From Mobula hypostoma (lineage: Eukaryota), in assembly GCF_963921235.1 (NCBI RefSeq), contig NC_086097.1:238330001-238394000 (forward strand): a stretch of 64,000 nucleotides of DNA. Reading direction: 5' to 3'. This document shows, piece after piece, positions 1 through 12,350 of this stretch. The notes beneath the pieces were generated by a model. It did not search any database, was not told the DNA's origin, and saw nothing but the letters and a program-made list of their open reading frames with translations. A program made the translations under genes and the position numbers. Within the stretch, counting starts at the first letter, position 1, and each line of letters opens with the position of its first letter.

Positions 1-364
1 CAGCTATTGCAAACACATTCCGACCAAAGAGATGAATTCAAAATATTATCGAACATATTAATGGTTACCACTGCTCAGTTACCGACTTCCTCACACTCAT
101 ATCCACTTGCACCACTTTCTGAAAGCTTTTACATTGTTGACTGAACCTTCCTTTCCGATTCATTGCTTCTGGTGTCCACTGAGTTGAATTGATTTCGCTT
201 GGGTTTACTTTTATGTACTGGATTACACTCAGAACACATTTCCAATACACCTTTATCCTGATTCATAATATTTTGCATTCACTGGGAGGCTTTTCTCGAC
301 TCCTCCACCACCTCTTCAGCACCATGCTAACCGGTTTTCAGTCCGTCCACCAACCATTTGTATA

Positions 365-830
365 TAGGGGGTCCTCCATTGGTCGGCCATAGCTGTTGTG
401 TCCTGGCTGTCTACGTAATCAGCAAGCCAGGGCAGTACTATATGGAGAGCAAGCTCCATATGGCAGACTCCCTCTCTCCACACAGCTGATACATCCAAAG
501 GTATGGCAGAGATCAATAAGGTTTGGTACCAGTGGTGTTGCAGATTTGCCAGTCAGTGTTGATCTCAATGTAGGGGACCGAAGCTCTGAAGTTTTCCTTG
601 GGATTTACTCCCAAAACTTTCTCCACAAGGGATTATAGCCCCAAGGCGGCAGAGGCTCGAGATCAGAGTTTTCCTTCTCCTAGATGAGCTGCCAACCACA
701 CGTCACAAGCAACAGCAACCTGCCCCTGCCCTTTCTCCTGTAAGTAGAAACAGATCCGCTGGACTTGGTTGCTAAGTCACACGCGAACGTCGGGGTTGGC
801 CTTGGTTGTCAGATCGATAGTGGGAGCCTG
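365..830 (-). mobile_element. Decayed non-autonomous retroelement, probably RTE-related
   Basis: ~425-545 aligns by eye with 33895-34022 of the SINE. ttttccttctcctagatgagctgccaacca resembles RTE-type UTR sequence as I recall it. Confidence 0.4.
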
Positions 831-1739
831 TCCCCACTACCACCAGCCCCCACCCGCCCCCAGCTATAAAAACCTTAAAGAACCATGTATTCCCATGCCT
901 TGATATTGCCTCCAAAACTAAATCCACCTCTTCACATTCTTACAAATTATTTTATCTTCCTTTTTGCCATCATCTCAGGATAAACCAGACTAACTTTGAA
1001 CTTCTGATCCATTATATGCTCCACCACCTCACTTTCACATTAATAACACCACCCCACCTCGCTTCACCCATTTGTAAAATTTTCATTCTTTTCATTGCCA
1101 TTTCTATGCTTAAATGCTACAACATTCTCTCTGCTAGCCTCCATAAATATTGGCTCACAATTAGGATAAGATTTACATAGTGAGTGGTAGGGCACATGAT
1201 GGATATTTGCTTCCTGGGCCAGGAGTCGTCCTTGTTTCAGCAACTATCATTTGTAAAGATCAAACAATTGTAAGCTAAACATCCAACTAATATTCTAATT
1301 AAATTTAATTACTAGTCTAATTGATAAAGATTACTACCTCACAGCACCCATTGGAGCTGATGGAGAGGAGAAGTTTAAGACAATGGGTTTTTTAATTGGG
1401 CTTGTTTCAAAACAGGCAATACTGGCTAAGTTGCTTCATTACAGACAGTGGAACATGAGATTATGGTGTGCCACAGATATTTTTTGGAATGTGGGAAGCT
1501 TTTTAGGCAATTATTGGATGGATCTGAAGGGCCTAGTTTGCAGGATATTCTGCACCCGAGGCAGGGACAGTTAAGTCGTATAGGACCTTGGTGAACTTTT
1601 CAATTAAAACAGGTTTGGGAGGTAGGATCTGATCCTCATAATGGCTACCTTCATTCTCCATTACATTAGGTGGCAGTAATGCACCTTCCTGATAGATATG
1701 AGCCACCATTCGCACAAAAATAGACAACATTGTCTATCA

Positions 1740-2337
1740 GATTCAGAATCAGGTTTAGTATCACAGGCATATGTCATGACATCTGGTGTTATATAACATT
1801 AGTATATTGGAATACATAAGAAAACTAAATTACAGTAAATATGTATTTAAATAAGTCATGCAGAAAGAGGAAAACAAAGTAGTGACGTAATGTTCATGGG
1901 TTCAATGAACATTCAGAAATCTAATGGCAGAGGGAAAGAAGCTGTACCTGAATCATTGAGTATGTGCCTTCAGACTCCTGTACCTCTTTGCTGTTGGTAG
2001 CAATGAGAAAAGGGCATGTTCTGGGTGATGGGGGTCCTTAATGATGCATTGCTCCTCGAAGATGTCCTGAATGCTGGGGAGGCTAGTGGCCACGATGAAG
2101 CTGTCTGAGTTGACAACTTTCTGAAGCTTATTTCAATCCTGTGAGGTGTCCCCCCCTTCCCCCCATTAGAGATGGTGATAGAGCTAGTTAGAATTATCTC
2201 TGAGGTACATCCATAGAAATCTGCGAGTTCCTTTGATGACACACCAATTCTACTCAAACTCCTAATGAAATATAGCTGCTATCATGCCTTTTTTGTTAAC
2301 TGCATTAAAATGTTGGGCCCAGGGTAGATCCTCAGAC
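1740..2337 (-). mobile_element. Rex1/Babar LINE 3' fragment
   Basis: LADFYGCTSEIILTSSITI in ORF 1970-2257. Homologous by eye to 10830-11310(-), 18380-18910(+), 38300-38870, 44200-44500(+), 50650-51175(+) and 51430-51850(-). Confidence 0.7.
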
Positions 2338-2617
2338 TAAGATGCTTAGTTCAAAGAAGCTTGCTGACCAGTTGGAGTCAATCACTTAGCATGTCAATAA
2401 CTGATCTATTAAAATGTTTGGAAGTTTGTATACTCACACAACATCAATTTGGGTGGTTAGGAATTGTGTCTCCATGCAGCTTTTAGACTGTGTTAAAAAG
2501 ATATCTGAAAGAATATCACATGTGTGAAGTCACCCAAGTGGCAAAAAAAAAGCATAAATGTAGAGAGCAGTTCAGGCCTATTAGGAATGGGGGCAGGAAC
2601 ATCAAGAAACGTGGAAG

Positions 2618-3623
2618 AAACAATAGACAATAGGAGCAGGAGTAGGCCATTCGGCCCTTCAAGCCAGCACCGCCATTCACTGTGATCATGGCTGATCATC
2701 CACAATCAGTATCCAGTTCCTGCCTTATCCCCATAACCTTTGATTCCGCTATCTTTAAGAGCTCTATCCATTTCTTTCTTGAAAGAATCCAGAGACTTGA
2801 CCTTCACAGCCTTCTGGGGCAGAACATTCCACATATCCACCACTCTCTGGGTGAAAAAGTTTTTCCTCAACTCCGTTCTAAATGGCCTACCCCTTATTCT
2901 TAAACTGTGGCCTCTGGTTCTGGACTCACTCATCAGCGGGAACATGCTTCCTGCCTCCAGCGTGTCCAATCCCTTAATAATCTTATATGTTTCAATAAGA
3001 TCCCCTCTCAGCCTTCTAAATTGCAATGTATACGAGCCCAGTCGCTCCAATCTTTCGACATATGACAGTCCCGCCATCCCGGGAATTAACCTTGTGAACC
3101 TACGCTGCACTCCCTCAATAGCAAGAATGTCCTTCCTCAAATTTGGAGACCAAAACTGTACACAGTACTCCAGGTGTGGTCTCACCAGGGCCCTTTACAG
3201 CTGCAGAAGGACCTCTTTGCTCTTATACTCATTTCCCCTTGTTATGAAGGCCAGCATGCCATTAGCTTTCTTCGCTGCCTGCTGTACTTGCATGCTTGCT
3301 TTCAGTGACTGATGTACAAGGAACACCTAGATCTTGTTGTACTTCCCCTTTTCCTAACTTGACTCCATTTAGATAATAATCTGCCTTCCTGTTCTTACCA
3401 CCAAAGTGGATAACCTCACATTTATCCACATTAAACTGCATCTGCCATGCATCTGCCCACTCACCTAGCCTGTCCAAGTCACCCTGCATTCTCAAAACAT
3501 CCTCCTCACATTTCACACTGCCACCCAGCTTTGTGTCATCGGCAAATTTGCTAATGTTACTTTTAATTCCCTCACCTAAATCATTAATATATATTGTAAA
3601 CAGCTGCTGCCCCAGCACTGAAC
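2618..3623 (-). mobile_element. CR1-clade LINE, 5'-truncated 3' fragment
   Basis: ORFs 3262-3618 (ISKFADDTKLGG) and 2706-3185 (RPHLEYCVQFWSP..VQRRFTRLIPG..RTRGHSLR). Short tandem tail caatagacaatag. Confidence 0.92.
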
Positions 3624-4039
3624 ACGGCGTGAACTAGAATCTGTTGCTCTTGCTTCAATTTCTGCAACAGATGATTTGTTTGCCTGTCTTTTTAGCTTAT
3701 AGGAATTGTACCTATGTTTTGGAAATGGTTTGTAATTTGTAAGTGTTTAAGATAAAAATCCTCTGCGAATTTTAAATAGTTTAAAGAATGTTGTTTGAAT
3801 TTAAACATGTTTTTTCACTAAAAATAAATTAACTGCTTTAAACTACTTTGTTAGCCGGATGCATCTCCTCCTTGATAGAGGGGGGGACCCACTGCTCAAA
3901 TAGTGGGTACTAACAGCTAAACTCACTTTGGAGAATAAACAGGGAAATGAACTAGTCTTCGAAGATTGGGTTGTTACAGTATAACTTCCCTTTAGCAAGA
4001 GTATACATGGATATTTATGTCCTATAGGGCTGAAGGGCT

Positions 4040-5865
4040 TCATTTGCGTTTAGAACTTTGTGGTCAACAAACTCAATACACTCAATGTGGTTCATCAAAG
4101 GGACATAGGAATACAGATAAATAATTCCTTGATAGCAGTATCTCAGGTATACAGGATCATTAAGAGTACTTTTAGCACACTGGCCTTTACAAATCAAGAC
4201 ATTGAGTACAGGAGTTGGGATGTTATTTTGAAGTTGCTTAAGGCATTGATGAGACCATATTTGGAGTATTGTCTGCAGTTCTAGTCACCTACCTAAAGGA
4301 AAGATATTAATAATCTTGAAAGAGTGCAGAGGAAATTAAGGATGTTGCCAGAACTTCGAACCTGAATTATAGGAAAAGGTTGAATCAGTCAGGTCTTTAT
4401 TTACTGAAATGCAAGAGAATGAGAGGAAATGTTCTACAAGTATACAAAATAATGAGGGGTACAGATGGAGTGAATGCTTGCAGGATTTTCCCCCTCATGT
4501 AGGGTGAGCTTAGAACTAGAGGTCATAGGTTAAGGGTAAAAGGTGAAATATTTAAGAGGAATCCAAAGCTTCACTTCTTCACTCCGATAGAGGTGCAAGT
4601 TTGGAACAAGCTGCCCGGGGAAGTGGTAGATGCGAGTTTGACTATAACATTTAAGAGAAGTTTCAATAAGTGCAGGGAGCAGGGACAGGAGAGATATGGA
4701 TGGCCATGGTCAAGGTGCAGGTCAATGAGTACAGGGAGAAGTCCAGAATGGCACAGAGTAGATAGGCTGAAGGACCTGTTTCTATGCTGTGATGCTCAAT
4801 GACAGTATCCTATCCTGCATTTGATGCCTCCCTTGTAATACACCTGATCTTCCCTCAATATACATTTCCCCTCTATATTTAAAACACTCGGTCTACTTTG
4901 TGAATGCAATTGTGAGCAGTTTCGGGCCCTTATCTAAAAGATGTAAACAATAGGAATTCTGCGGATGCTGGAATTTCAAGCAACACACATCAAAGTTGCT
5001 GGTGAACACAGCAGGCCAGGCAGCATCTCTAGGAAGAGGTACAGTCGACGTTTCAGGTAGAGTCCTGACGAAGGGTCTCAGCCTGAAATGTCGATGTACT
5101 TCTTCCTAGAGATGCTGCCTGGACTGCTGCGTTCACCAGCAACTTTGATGTGTGTTGTAAGAAAAGATGTGCTGGCATTGGTGGGGGTCCAGGAGGTTCA
5201 TGAGAATGATTCATGATTCTCATGATTCATGAAAATGTTGGCTGTATTTAAGGCAGAGATTGATAGGTTCTTGATTGGACATGGCATCAAAGGTTACAGG
5301 GAGAAGGCTTGGAACTGGGGTTGAGGGGGAGAAAAAAGTATCAGCCATGATTGAACAGCGGAGCAGACTCGATGGGCCAGATGCCCTAATTCTGCTCCTA
5401 TGGCTTATGGATTCTGGGAATGAAAGAGTTAACACGTGTTTTGATGGCTACAGGCCTGGTGGAGTTTAGAAGAATGAGGGGGAATCATATTGAAACCTAT
5501 TGAATGTTGAAAGGCCTAGGTAGAGTGGATGTGGAGAGGGTGTTTTCTATCGTGGGTAAATCTAGAACACGAGGGCGCAGCCTCAGAATAGAGGGACATC
5601 CATTTAGGACAGAGACAAGATGGATTTTTTTTAGCCAGAGGGTGGTGAATCTGTGGAATTCATTGCCACGGGTGGCTGTGGAGGCCAGGTCATTGAATAT
5701 GTTTAAAGCAGAGGTCAACAGGTTTTTGGTGTGTCATGGCATCAAAGGTTATGGGAGGAACGGGAGAAGAATGGGGTTGAGAGCAGCAATAAGTCAGCCA
5801 TGATGGAATGGCGAAGCAGACTTGATGGGGCAAGTGGCCTAATTCTGCTCCAGTATCTTCTGTTA
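4040..5865 (+). mobile_element. Decayed CR1 3' fragments (several nested pieces)
   Basis: LMRPYLEYCLQF (4060-4284), RTRGRSLRIEGHPFRTE..RVVNLWNSLP (5504-5803), and two CR1 3' UTR copies. Confidence 0.8.
4945..5157. mobile_element. Fold-back Penelope pseudo-LTR insertion with hammerhead motif at about 5061-5095 (+)
   Basis: Same inverted structure as 40043-40296. aaaagatgt is repeated at 4936-4944 and 5162-5170. It interrupts a CR1 fragment. Confidence 0.8.
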
Positions 5866-6595
5866 GTATAGTCTTAGAGTTTAAGTGTATTTTTTGATTT
5901 CCCCCAGCTCAGCCCTCCATCCATCTACTGTGCTTTTCCATACTGGAGGTGGTGCGTACACAAACTTCTCTTCTTATGGCACTTTATACAATGGCATTAA
6001 AGGCATAAATGTAGGTGGAATGTTTATCCAATTTAATCTCAGACAGCAACTTCAATTTTAAAAATACATAAACCGGAAAAAAATAAATCCAGATCACAGA
6101 AGTAAATTAAAGTCACTTCAGAAAAGTAATTGGTCACATACATCATGCATGGCAACTGTCCTTGATAGAGGCACAAAATTATTTATAATATGTATCATTT
6201 ATTAGCAATATAAGCCTTCACAGTATTGAAGGCAGCTGCATTGCAAAGCAACTTACTCCTTTGAGAGGTTTTATTCCAGAAATTACAATCTCAATATAGA
6301 GTTTTTAGTGGGGCTTGATTTGGCAGTAAACTTTAATAGTAACAAAAGCCTTAAAAAGATGATATGCCAAATGGAATAGCACATATCTTTGCGATAACAC
6401 TGTGGCTTTTAATCTTCTGTGGTTTACAGGTGTAGCACTTAAACCAAAAATCCGACCTCCACAGAGTCACAGCTCAGATTTTGTTGCTTTTTTCTAGGTT
6501 TGTGAGGACGGTTTTGGAGATAGAGAAGGGCGTCAGGGGGTCAGTTTAGGTTTACGAGCAGAGATGTTGGGGGGAATTAGAGGACCAGCCAGAAT

Positions 6596-6871
6596 TGTTT
6601 ATTTATTGATATACAGTGTGGAGTAAGTCCTTCCAGCCCTTTGTGCCAGGCAACCCTGAATTTAATCCTAGCCTAAACACAGGACAATTTGCAATGACCA
6701 ACTAACGTACCAAACAGTACATCTTTGGACTGTGGGAGAAAACTGGAGCACCTGGAGTAAACGCAGTCGGTCACAGGGAGAATGTACAAACTTTCAGGCA
6801 GTGGTGGGAATTGAACCTGGGTCACTGATACTGTAAACGCTGTGCTAACCAACACGCTACCGTGCCGCCCC
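6596..6871 (-). mobile_element. V-SINE (tRNA-derived, HE1-like)
   Basis: Minus strand: ggcggcacggtagcg..ggttcaattcc (A/B boxes), then the V-domain gtttgtacattctccctgtga..ccaggtgctccagttttctcccacagtccaaaga. Confidence 0.8.
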
Positions 6872-8094
6872 AATCGAAGTCTCCACTCGATAGTTGAGGG
6901 CCAGCAATGCAGATGTCTGACCTCCTTGGCTGGATATTGGGCCAGCTGAATGCGGACGAGGCCCCGCCCCCACATCTGCAAGTTGTCAGCAGGTACTGGA
7001 GTTGGAGTTCTGTCCGGGCAGGAGGAACGAGTTCCAATGACTGCATGGCTTCGCTCTTGTTGTTTTGTTGCTTGTTGTGTTCTGTGCTGTTTTGCCAAGA
7101 ATTGTGGGCATGGTATGTTGGCACCAGAATGTGTGGCAACACGAGCTGCCCCCAGCAGTTGGTTGTTAATTTCACAACATATTCCAATGCACATGTGATA
7201 AATAAACTTGAATCTTGAACCAAGGTCTTAATTTTGAGTGCAAGAATAACATTCATGCTTGACTAAGTGTGGGAAGCTCAATGAAAATGTAGGACTCCCA
7301 TCTTCATTCACTCACTTCAAAAGCAAGCTATAATTTTGGCACTTCAACTGTTCCACAGATGCAGCAGGGGTGAAGGCATGGGCCTTGTTAAGTCCTTGAT
7401 AAATGTGATCAAAGAACTGACAGACCCCAGGGATGCCTCATCTAACCCACCACCGGCTCTATCTTTAAGCCCTTTGCAAGTCTTCCTGAAGCTGAAGCAC
7501 ACGCTCAAAAGCTGCACTGGCCTTCAAAATCCATGCCTCCAGAGGCAAGCCTCTGCTTATTCACAAATATGAAGAGTGGAGTATTATTCTTTGTGAATGA
7601 CAACATTCCACCCATCACATTAGCGAATGAGCATTAATGAAAACTGAATCAAACAGTCCACAAGTGAAACGATGACCTTCTTGAAGATTTTATACTTCTC
7701 TGCACAACAGAAGACAGAATTTCAAATATATATTTCTATAAAACAGCCAACAGAGTCATCATCCAGCTCATTTTTCCTGACCTTTACAGGGAATCAGCCA
7801 CGTATATTCTATTGAGAGCTACTGTATTTTAAATGCTCTAAAATCCAAGCATGGGAGATTTTTATGAAAGATTTTACAACCATATAATTGGTGTCACCTG
7901 GCACCTCTTTCTTAACACACATGCTTATTACACAGTCACTACCATTGGCCCTTATTTCCACATCTTTATCTAGAATTTGATGGTAAACAGAACTGGTGAA
8001 AGAAATACTACCCTAATGCAATGGTGCATTGTTATATCCCACTGAAACTACACAATACTAGTGTGAATATAACGTCCTCCTAATGACTTGTCTA

Positions 8095-8485
8095 TTGGTA
8101 GGGCTTCAGGTGGCAGCAGAGTCCCCATCCAAGGTTCACATAAATGGAAAATGCCAGTCCGTGATTTTGTTTAACAGGGGGAGACTGATGCACAGGCAAC
8201 CAACGTACCATCCTAGACAGATTGGGGTCATGATCCAGTGGAATGGAATCCAAGCCAATTGGGGACCCTTCATTGATTCAGCCTTCCTCCATCTTCACTG
8301 CCATTGTGAGGTGTTATCACCTTCTGCCATCTCCACCGTGGAGGTCTTGGTTGGATTGCTCTTTGCCTGAAATCTCCCTCTTGACCTGCCATGAGTGATC
8401 CTATCAGGAGCAAGGCGTCAGATGGCTCATCTCCAGATGGCATCACTCTCGGAATCTCAGGGACTCGCAAGCCTCACCACCAGAA
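8095..8485 (-). mobile_element. Possible RTE-clade 5' UTR fragment
   Basis: Minus-strand start tggtggtgaggcttgcgagtccctgagattccgagagtgatgcc resembles RTE/BovB/Expander 5' ends. Recognition only. Confidence 0.35.
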
Positions 8486-8489
8486 GACC

Positions 8490-8945
8490 ATTAGACAATG
8501 GAGCAGAAATAGGCCATTTGCCCCCTCGAGTCTGCTAGGTCATTTGATCACAGCTGATCCATTTTCCTCTCAAACTTATTCTTATACTTTATCCCTGTAA
8601 CCTTTCATGCCCTGACTTATTAAGAATTCCACAGATTCACCACCATCTGCTAAAGAAATTCCTTCTCATCTCTATTCTTAATGGATGTCGCTCTCTTCTG
8701 AGGTTATGTCTTCTGGTCCTAAACTCCCTCACGATAGGAAACTCCCTCACCACATCCACTCTATCGAGGCATTTCAACATTCAACAGGTTTCAATGAGAT
8801 TCCCCCCCTCATTCTTCTAAATTTCAGCAAGTACAGGCCCAGAGCCATTAATCACTCCTCATATGATAAGCTTTTCAATCTCGGAATCATTTTCAAGAAC
8901 CTCCTCTGAACCCTCTCCAATGTCAGCACATATTTTTTCAGACAA
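8490..8945 (-). mobile_element. CR1 3' fragment
   Basis: Reverse complement of the CR1 RT C-terminus and 3' UTR (ggagcagaaataggccatt). Confidence 0.75.
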
Positions 8946-8965
8946 AGTGACAATCCTTGGAGACA

Positions 8966-9487
8966 ATCATCATAATACATGATAGAGTTAAAAATACACG
9001 TGGACTAAGATATTAACTGCCCTGTGCTATCACCAGTGGGATCATCAGTTGATCTGCCATCTGTCTTCAGGAGTTTCGGCCCACTTATGATCAAGACTCC
9101 CTCAAGGTGGTGGTCCAGCAGTGCTAAAGCACTAACTCCCACTGGTGAGCTTAAAAACTTGGCATCTGTCTCTATCAGAGTTGTTGGTCACTTCCATCCA
9201 ACAGATAGTCTACTCTTCAGGTGTCTATGCAACTATTGAAGAGTTTGCAAGATATGTATACACTGTCCGACTATCTGCCCCTCTGGACATACTTGGTCCA
9301 CACCCATGCAGACCCTTTCTCTGCTGCCTTCTGCTGCAGCCCTGCTGGTCGACTTGACCTCTCTTCTAGTGAAGCCAAGATCACGCAGCCACTTCTGGAA
9401 AGTGAACGCAATAAACCCACGGGCAGCCTACTTCGAATGGGTAGCATGAGACCTTCCACCCTCTGTCTCTGTACTCTGATCTTAATG
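8966..9487 (-). mobile_element. 3' remnant of an RLE-type non-LTR retrotransposon (HERO/NeSL/R2-like): end of ORF plus 3' UTR
   Basis: Minus-strand translation with two frameshifts gives LRSEYRDRGWKVSCYPFEVGC/RGFIAFTFQKWLRDLGFTRREVKSTSRAAAE/AAEKGSAWVWTKYVQRGR* (stop at 9271-9273). GW..P.EVGCRGF...AAE..S.W.W.K is the C-terminal signature of HERO-type restriction-like-endonuclease elements. Boundaries approximate. Confidence 0.75.
9030..9148 (-). ncRNA. Non-circularly permuted hammerhead-ribozyme-like RNA in the RLE-element 3' UTR
   Basis: Minus strand: GGAG-UC-UUGAUC (9100-9089), GUGGGCC-GAAA-CUCC (9084-9070), GAUCAA-CUGAUGA-UCCCACUGGUGA (9054-9030). Stems I and III pair perfectly, and a 12-bp closing helix forms with 9148-9137. 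Confidence 0.65.
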
Positions 9488-11829
9488 TTAATACACGTTA
9501 ATACAAATATGTTAATACATCGATAATATTAATACATTTAAATAATATTTTAAAATATTAAATTCATTGTCCTGAGGATAAATGTACTATAATCATCCAC
9601 AACTATTACACTAACTTTTACTGGGACAGTGAATTCATTGCATGGAAGGCAACAGTTTAAAATCCAAGGGCAGTCAATTGTGCTACTCGGAACTAGCAAC
9701 AGCTTGCCATCCCTTTTCTGGCCAAGTCAAAGTCCCTGCAACCAGTTAAAAACATTTCTCAAGGTGGAAAGGAAACACTTGTCTCCCTGTGTCAGACAGT
9801 GAAAGTGTAATTTCATGTTACCATGATTAGAACATTACAGCTACAATGCTTAGAGTCATAGAGAAGTACAACATAGAAACAGGCCCCTTGGCTGATCTAG
9901 TCTGTGTTGAAACTATTTAAACTGCCTAAATCCCATCAACCTGCACCAGACCATAGCCCTCTGTATCCTTACTATACTGCTTGAAGACAGTACTGCTGTG
10001 CTTTTTTCTTCTGAACCTAGAATCATCTGTGTTGGCACTGGAATATGTGGCAACACTTCTGGGCTGCCCCAGAAGTGGTTGTGTTGGTTGTTAGTGCAAA
10101 TGTAATTTCCACTGTATGTTTCAATGCATCTCCTGAAGCCAACAGCAAAATAATGATGTGGTGCCACACGGAAAGTCCTAGTCACTATCTCACCATCAGT
10201 TCAATACATTGCAGTTAAAGCATTTGGGTTCCATGGGGACAGTTCTATCCACACATGCATAGACTGAAATAAAAACAAATCTTGATGAAACACCAAGTGG
10301 TAAAAACTCTATAAACAAAACAATGGCCTTGAAGATCTTACTTTTATACTTGTCTGCACAACAGGAGACAGAATTTCAAACATACATTTCCATAAAACAA
10401 CCAATAGAGTCATCAACCAGCTAATTTTTCCTGACCTTTACAGAGAACCAGCCACATAATATTCCACTGAGACTTATTTTTGAATGCTTCACAATCTAAA
10501 TGTGGGAGATTTTTTACAAACTTGTTTTGCTTTCCGTCAAAGACAGTTGACATTTGGCAAAAAAAATCTACTCATTTCTTCTATTGGAAGCGTTAACACT
10601 TTTTTTTTGGTTTAGAACCATGGCAATACTTAAGGACTACCCCCAGCACATCCCCAGCCTGCATTGGACATTGATGCAAACAGCATATTTCACTGTATGT
10701 TTTGATGTACAAGTGACAAATAAAGCTCATCTCTATAGATCCAAGAGCGCTCCTTGGTTCTGCACTCAATCTATTACGCATGTCTATGCCTTGAAAGTTA
10801 ACTGTATGACTGCATGATCCAAAGCACTCATCCATATAGGATGCATAGGTGACGGCATATGTCACGAAATCTGTTGTCTTTGCAGTAATGGTACAATGCA
10901 ATACATAAATAATAGAGGGGAACAACTGAATCACAGTAAGTACATATATATTAAATAGTTAAATTAAATAGGTAGTGCAAAAATAGAAATAAAAAAGTAG
11001 TGAGGTAGTGTTCTTGAGTTCAACGTCCATCAGAAATTGGATGACAAACGGGAAGGTGTTCCTGAGTCATTCAATGTGTTTCTTCAGGCCTCTGTAGCTC
11101 CATCCTGATGGTAGCAATAAGAGCAGGGGTCCTTCATCACGGATGCCACCTTTTTGAGGCATCGCGCCTTGAAGATGTCCTGGATGCTATGGAGGTTAAA
11201 AAGAGCTGGCTAAGTTTACAAGTCTCTACAGCTTTTTTTGATCCTGTGCAGAAGCAACCCCCACCCCATACTAGATGGTGATACAGTCTATTAGAATGTT
11301 CTCTATGTTAACCCGACTGGACTTGTCTGCCTTTTTTTTTTGGGTCATTTTTCTGAAAATTGCAAGTGAGGGAAAAGTAGCTTGTCATGAACTTGACCCT
11401 GTAGCATTTACGATTTTGTTACCCTAAAGACAAGAGATTCTGCAGATGTTGTAAACTTTGAGCAAAGCACAAAGGAAATGCTGATGGAACTCAGGAGGTC
11501 AGGCAGCATCTATAGAGAGAAATAAACAGTCAACACTTCAGGACAATGAAAATAGAATCAAGATGTCCAAAACTCAGGAAATTAATAGATTATTTTTAAG
11601 CCACCAAGGAGATTAGTGAAGATGCTCTTTGATGCTTCCAATTTTTTTTATAATATACACATAGTAATTCTGTGGAGAATGTACAGCTGAGTTAGTAATG
11701 TCCAAGTTAATGTGGTATGGAGAAATTGATATTCTATTTCTAAATTGGTGACATGCTGTTAGAAACAAAGGATAATGTTGTAACTTTCTTTGAGCTTGTT
11801 GAAATGTATCAGTAAATGATACATAGAAT

Positions 11830-12350
11830 TATATAAAACCTTCAAGTTCCTGGGTGTTAATATCTGAGGATCTAACCTGGTCCCAACGTATCGATGAAAC
11901 TATAAAAAATTTCCACAGATGTACTGTGGAGAGCTTTCTGACTGGCTGCATCACCATTTGGTGTGGGGGCGGGGGCTGCTCTGCTGCACAGGATCGAAGT
12001 AAGCTGCAGAGAGTTGTCAACTTAGTCAGCTCCATCATGGGCACTAGCCTCCGTAGCATCCAAGACAACTTCAAGGAGTGGCAGTACCTCAGAAAGGTGG
12101 CGTCCGTCATCAAGGACCCCATCACCCAGGTCATGCCTTGTTCTCATTGCTACCATCAGGAAGGAAGTACAGAAGCCTGAAGGCTCACACTCAACGATTC
12201 AGGAACAGCTTCTTTCCCTCTGACATCCAATTTCTGAATGGATAATGAAACTATGAACACTACCTCACTGCCTTTCAATTTCTGTTTTTGCACTAATGTA
12301 TATCTCATATTTAAATTAAATAAGTCCTTTACAGTTTTTTCTCCTATATT
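11830..12350 (+). mobile_element. Rex1/Babar LINE 3' fragment
   Basis: VESFLTGCITIW..QDRSKLQRVVNLVSSIMGTSL..RKVASVIKDP (ORF 11854-12180). Confidence 0.75.

Larger units (their letters stand above)
7680..10515 (+). repeat. Diverged ~185-bp direct duplication (7680-7863 and 10328-10515)
   Basis: Shared blocks cttgaagat, ttttatactt, tctgcacaacag, gacagaatttcaaa, agagtcatca, atttttcctgacctttacag and tgggagattttt in the same order. Confidence 0.85.

Noticed and set aside
65..392. Short ORFs at the window start as a further CSMD3 exon
   Set aside because: No CUB or Sushi motif in any frame I could read.
6673..7256. Cluster of 80-170 aa ORFs
   Set aside because: They run across a V-SINE and another non-coding repeat, with no domain signal or splice support.
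8330..8485. Possible HDV-like ribozyme at a putative RTE 5' end
   Set aside because: I could not build the nested double pseudoknot from the sequence; it needs a descriptor or covariance-model search.
9484..9540. Three to four copies of (g)ttaataca next to the HERO-like fragment
   Set aside because: Short AT-rich slippage repeat with no further support.
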